Source: Nemertoderma westbladi (Eukaryota; Animalia; Xenacoelomorpha). Taken from it: a DNA stretch of 64,000 nt. The notes beneath the pieces are model-generated. The model was not told where the DNA came from. It did not search any database and saw only the letters and a list, made by a program, of their open reading frames with translations. The translations under genes and the position numbers were made by a program. Each line of letters starts with the position of its first letter. Within the stretch, counting starts at the first letter, position 1. Of the stretch, positions 61,679 through 64,000 are shown one piece after another. The DNA is taken from positions 112,059-176,058 of the forward strand of contig JAUCBJ010003602.1 in NCBI GenBank assembly GCA_032718475.1, in the 5' to 3' direction.

Positions 61679-62752
61679 ATGTTAACTCGCAATTCAGTCC
61701 GGGAATACTTTCTCATACTCAAGGTGACTTTCCTCACCTTATTTTCAAATTGCCACCTGGACAAGGTGTGGCTGGACACGATATTCGAACCGATATTCTG
61801 GATTGTAGACCACACAGTACGTTGGTTCGGCCCCGCCTTCGTAACCATAGTAATATTACTGACTACAAGTGTGGTAGTAATATTCTACGTAATTTACTTC
61901 CCTATTATTATACACTGGGGTCTTCATTGGATTATATTCAATTTGTCATTCGGCCATTGGCTACTCGTAAACATATCTTTCCATTACTACAAATGCCTTG
62001 TTGTAGACCCGGGAAGACCGCCGGATAAACCGACAGTACGGATACGACAAGTCTGTAAGAAATGCCTCGGCGCCAAACCACAACGCACGCACCACTGCTC
62101 TGTTTGCGCTCGCTGTATACTCAAAATGGACCACCATTGTCCCTGGATAAACGCGTGCGTTGGCCATTTAAACCATCGATATTTTATTTCATTCTGCTTG
62201 TTTATGTGGTTGGGAGTTGTTTACGTTTCCTTAACAACCTGGTCTACCTTTCTAATATATTTCAAAGAAACTCATTTTTATAACGCGACGTACGAATCGA
62301 TCGCTAACTTTTGGAGTCCGACTCCGGCGCGGATTATAGATTCCATACAACAAACTCCCCCGGAACATCCAACTTCCTTAGGAACTAAAACTTCCTACTA
62401 CGCTAGCGCCGTTATGTACGAGTTTATTCTCTGCGCCACCGTTATTATCCCTTTAGGAATATTAAATTGCCACCAAATTCGACTTATTTCCCGCGGGGAA
62501 ACCAACATAGAGGTTTATATAAACAGATCGGAAAGGAACAGGTTGTCGCGTAAAGGTTATACGTTTAGGAACCTACACGACCACGGTTGGTTGGGTAATT
62601 GGTACCGGTTATTCGGTTTGGGGCAGGACGGGGCCTCGTGGATGTCTGTCTGTTTCCCGTCTAGCCATCCGCCTGTGGGCGACGGGATTACATGGGACCT
62701 AGCAGATAGCAGGAGCATCACGAAGAAAAACGACGACGTTTTAAAAGTTTGA
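61679..62752 (+). CDS. ZDHHC16: Palmitoyltransferase ZDHHC16, intronless
   Basis: DTIFEPIFWIVDHTVRWFG; CKKC..KPQRTHHCSVCARCILKMDHHCPWINACVG; LISRGETNIE. Confidence 0.92.
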   Translation: MLTRNSVREYFLILKVTFLTLFSNCHLDKVWLDTIFEPIFWIVDHTVRWFGPAFVTIVILLTTSVVVIFYVIYFPIIIHWGLHWIIFNLSFGHWLLVNISFHYYKCLVVDPGRPPDKPTVRIRQVCKKCLGAKPQRTHHCSVCARCILKMDHHCPWINACVGHLNHRYFISFCLFMWLGVVYVSLTTWSTFLIYFKETHFYNATYESIANFWSPTPARIIDSIQQTPPEHPTSLGTKTSYYASAVMYEFILCATVIIPLGILNCHQIRLISRGETNIEVYINRSERNRLSRKGYTFRNLHDHGWLGNWYRLFGLGQDGASWMSVCFPSSHPPVGDGITWDLADSRSITKKNDDVLKV

Positions 62753-63462
62753 GAAATTCCAATTAGTTAAATAAATTGCCCGATTAGCCGAATAGTTTTA
62801 TATTATATTTGTATAAAATAAAATAATTACAACATTCAATTTTTAAATAAAGGAACAACATATGCCAAGATAGATTGATTTATACCTTATTGCAGTATTG
62901 TAATTTTGGAATAACAAACAAAAATACTTAAACAAATGTATGTATGTATAACTTCATATGTGTTTGAGAGCTTAAATCTTCATGTTATGTAAACAGTGCA
63001 GGTAAATGTTGTTAATTGTGCTCAACCTAAATATGCATAACTACCGATACATCAAAGGCACAAAGGAATTTAATATATGACGGATATTGATTCTTTATTT
63101 GTTTACTTTCAGTTTATTACGACTACATTACAGCTATTATATTATTATTAACGTAATATATAGATACTTTGTTTATATAATAATATTATTATTAACATAA
63201 TTGAATTCTTCAGCTAAAAACAAACCGATTATAAATATTACAAAAACGTGTCAGTTTGTTTAACTCAGTGTGCGACTTAAATTAGAAAACGATACATAAC
63301 ATAACAGTTAAACAAATAATATTTTCGTAATATACGTTGTTTTTGTTGGGAAGTCGATATCTCTAGTATAATAAAATAAACTCTAAACATTTATTACGAA
63401 CTAGCTGTGCAGATCAGATAGTTAAACGTATTCTTATATTTAGCAATTCAATACGTTAAATA

Positions 63463-64000
63463 ATGTCTACGGAATACAGACGAATTGTTGAGTTAGTCTC
63501 ATTAACTCTGAAGGATCTTGGATTTATTGGTGCTGATATAGACAGACTAACGAACGATTTACCCAACTACTGGGAACAACACGGGGACTTACTGGTTATA
63601 CCCAGTACATCCCTAACCCTCCCACAATGGGAATCACTAGATTTAATTAAAACCGCCGTCCTTAAAGCGTTTTATAACTGCTACGGATGTCTCCGTATAG
63701 CGAAACAAACTTCCGTATCAAAGAATGTCCTTCGCACACCTAATGTTGTTCTTCTAGTCGGAGATACCGGGACAATAACTCGTCGCGAGAATAACATTAC
63801 TTACGCCTATGATGTTACCAAATGTATGTTCGCTAAAGGCAACATAACTGAGAAATTAAGAATCGCGAAGTTTAACTGCATCGGGGAAACTGTAGTGGAT
63901 TTGTACGCTGGGATCGGTTATTTTTCTCTTCCGTATTTAATCCACGCGGGAGCGAACTTCCTTCACTGCTGCGAATGGAATGACGACGCTGTTGTCGCTC
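63463..64000 (+). CDS. TRMT12: tRNA wybutosine-synthesizing protein 2 (TYW2), runs off the window
   Basis: My translation: DLPNYWEQHGDLL...RTPNVVLLVGD...YDVTKCMFAKGNITEKLRIA...VVDLYAGIGYFSLPYLIHAGA..CEWN. Confidence 0.92.
   Translation, partial: MSTEYRRIVELVSLTLKDLGFIGADIDRLTNDLPNYWEQHGDLLVIPSTSLTLPQWESLDLIKTAVLKAFYNCYGCLRIAKQTSVSKNVLRTPNVVLLVGDTGTITRRENNITYAYDVTKCMFAKGNITEKLRIAKFNCIGETVVDLYAGIGYFSLPYLIHAGANFLHCCEWNDDAVVA

Overview
Eukaryotic, most likely bilaterian invertebrate, genomic DNA; no prokaryotic or CRISPR features. 1-6555: BEL/Pao LTR retrotransposon whose integrase is split by a ~70-bp 3' tip of an RTE LINE (12-bp TSD). 7.4-21.1 kb: 30-bp CCAAT-containing satellite with higher-order structure. 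21.3-39.3 kb: a spliced PH-domain gene (MPRIP/TRIOBP/Outspread-like), which the ORF track does not assemble. Its introns hold a CR1 relic, a TSD-flanked 63-bp array derived from a SINE 3' end, Harbinger-, Helentron- and Kolobok-type elements, an RTE LINE and a nested antisense intronless gene for a secreted Cys-rich protein. 41-64 kb: a run of housekeeping genes with intronless CDSs (DPM3, NAA35, PTDSS2, LANCL, IST1-like, ZDHHC16, TRMT12/TYW2), mixed with a 29/35-bp satellite, SINEs and two copies of a strand-specific G.A-mismatch hairpin element. NAA35 and PTDSS2 carry single-base indels that may be assembly errors. Family assignments come from recalled motifs; no database search was run.
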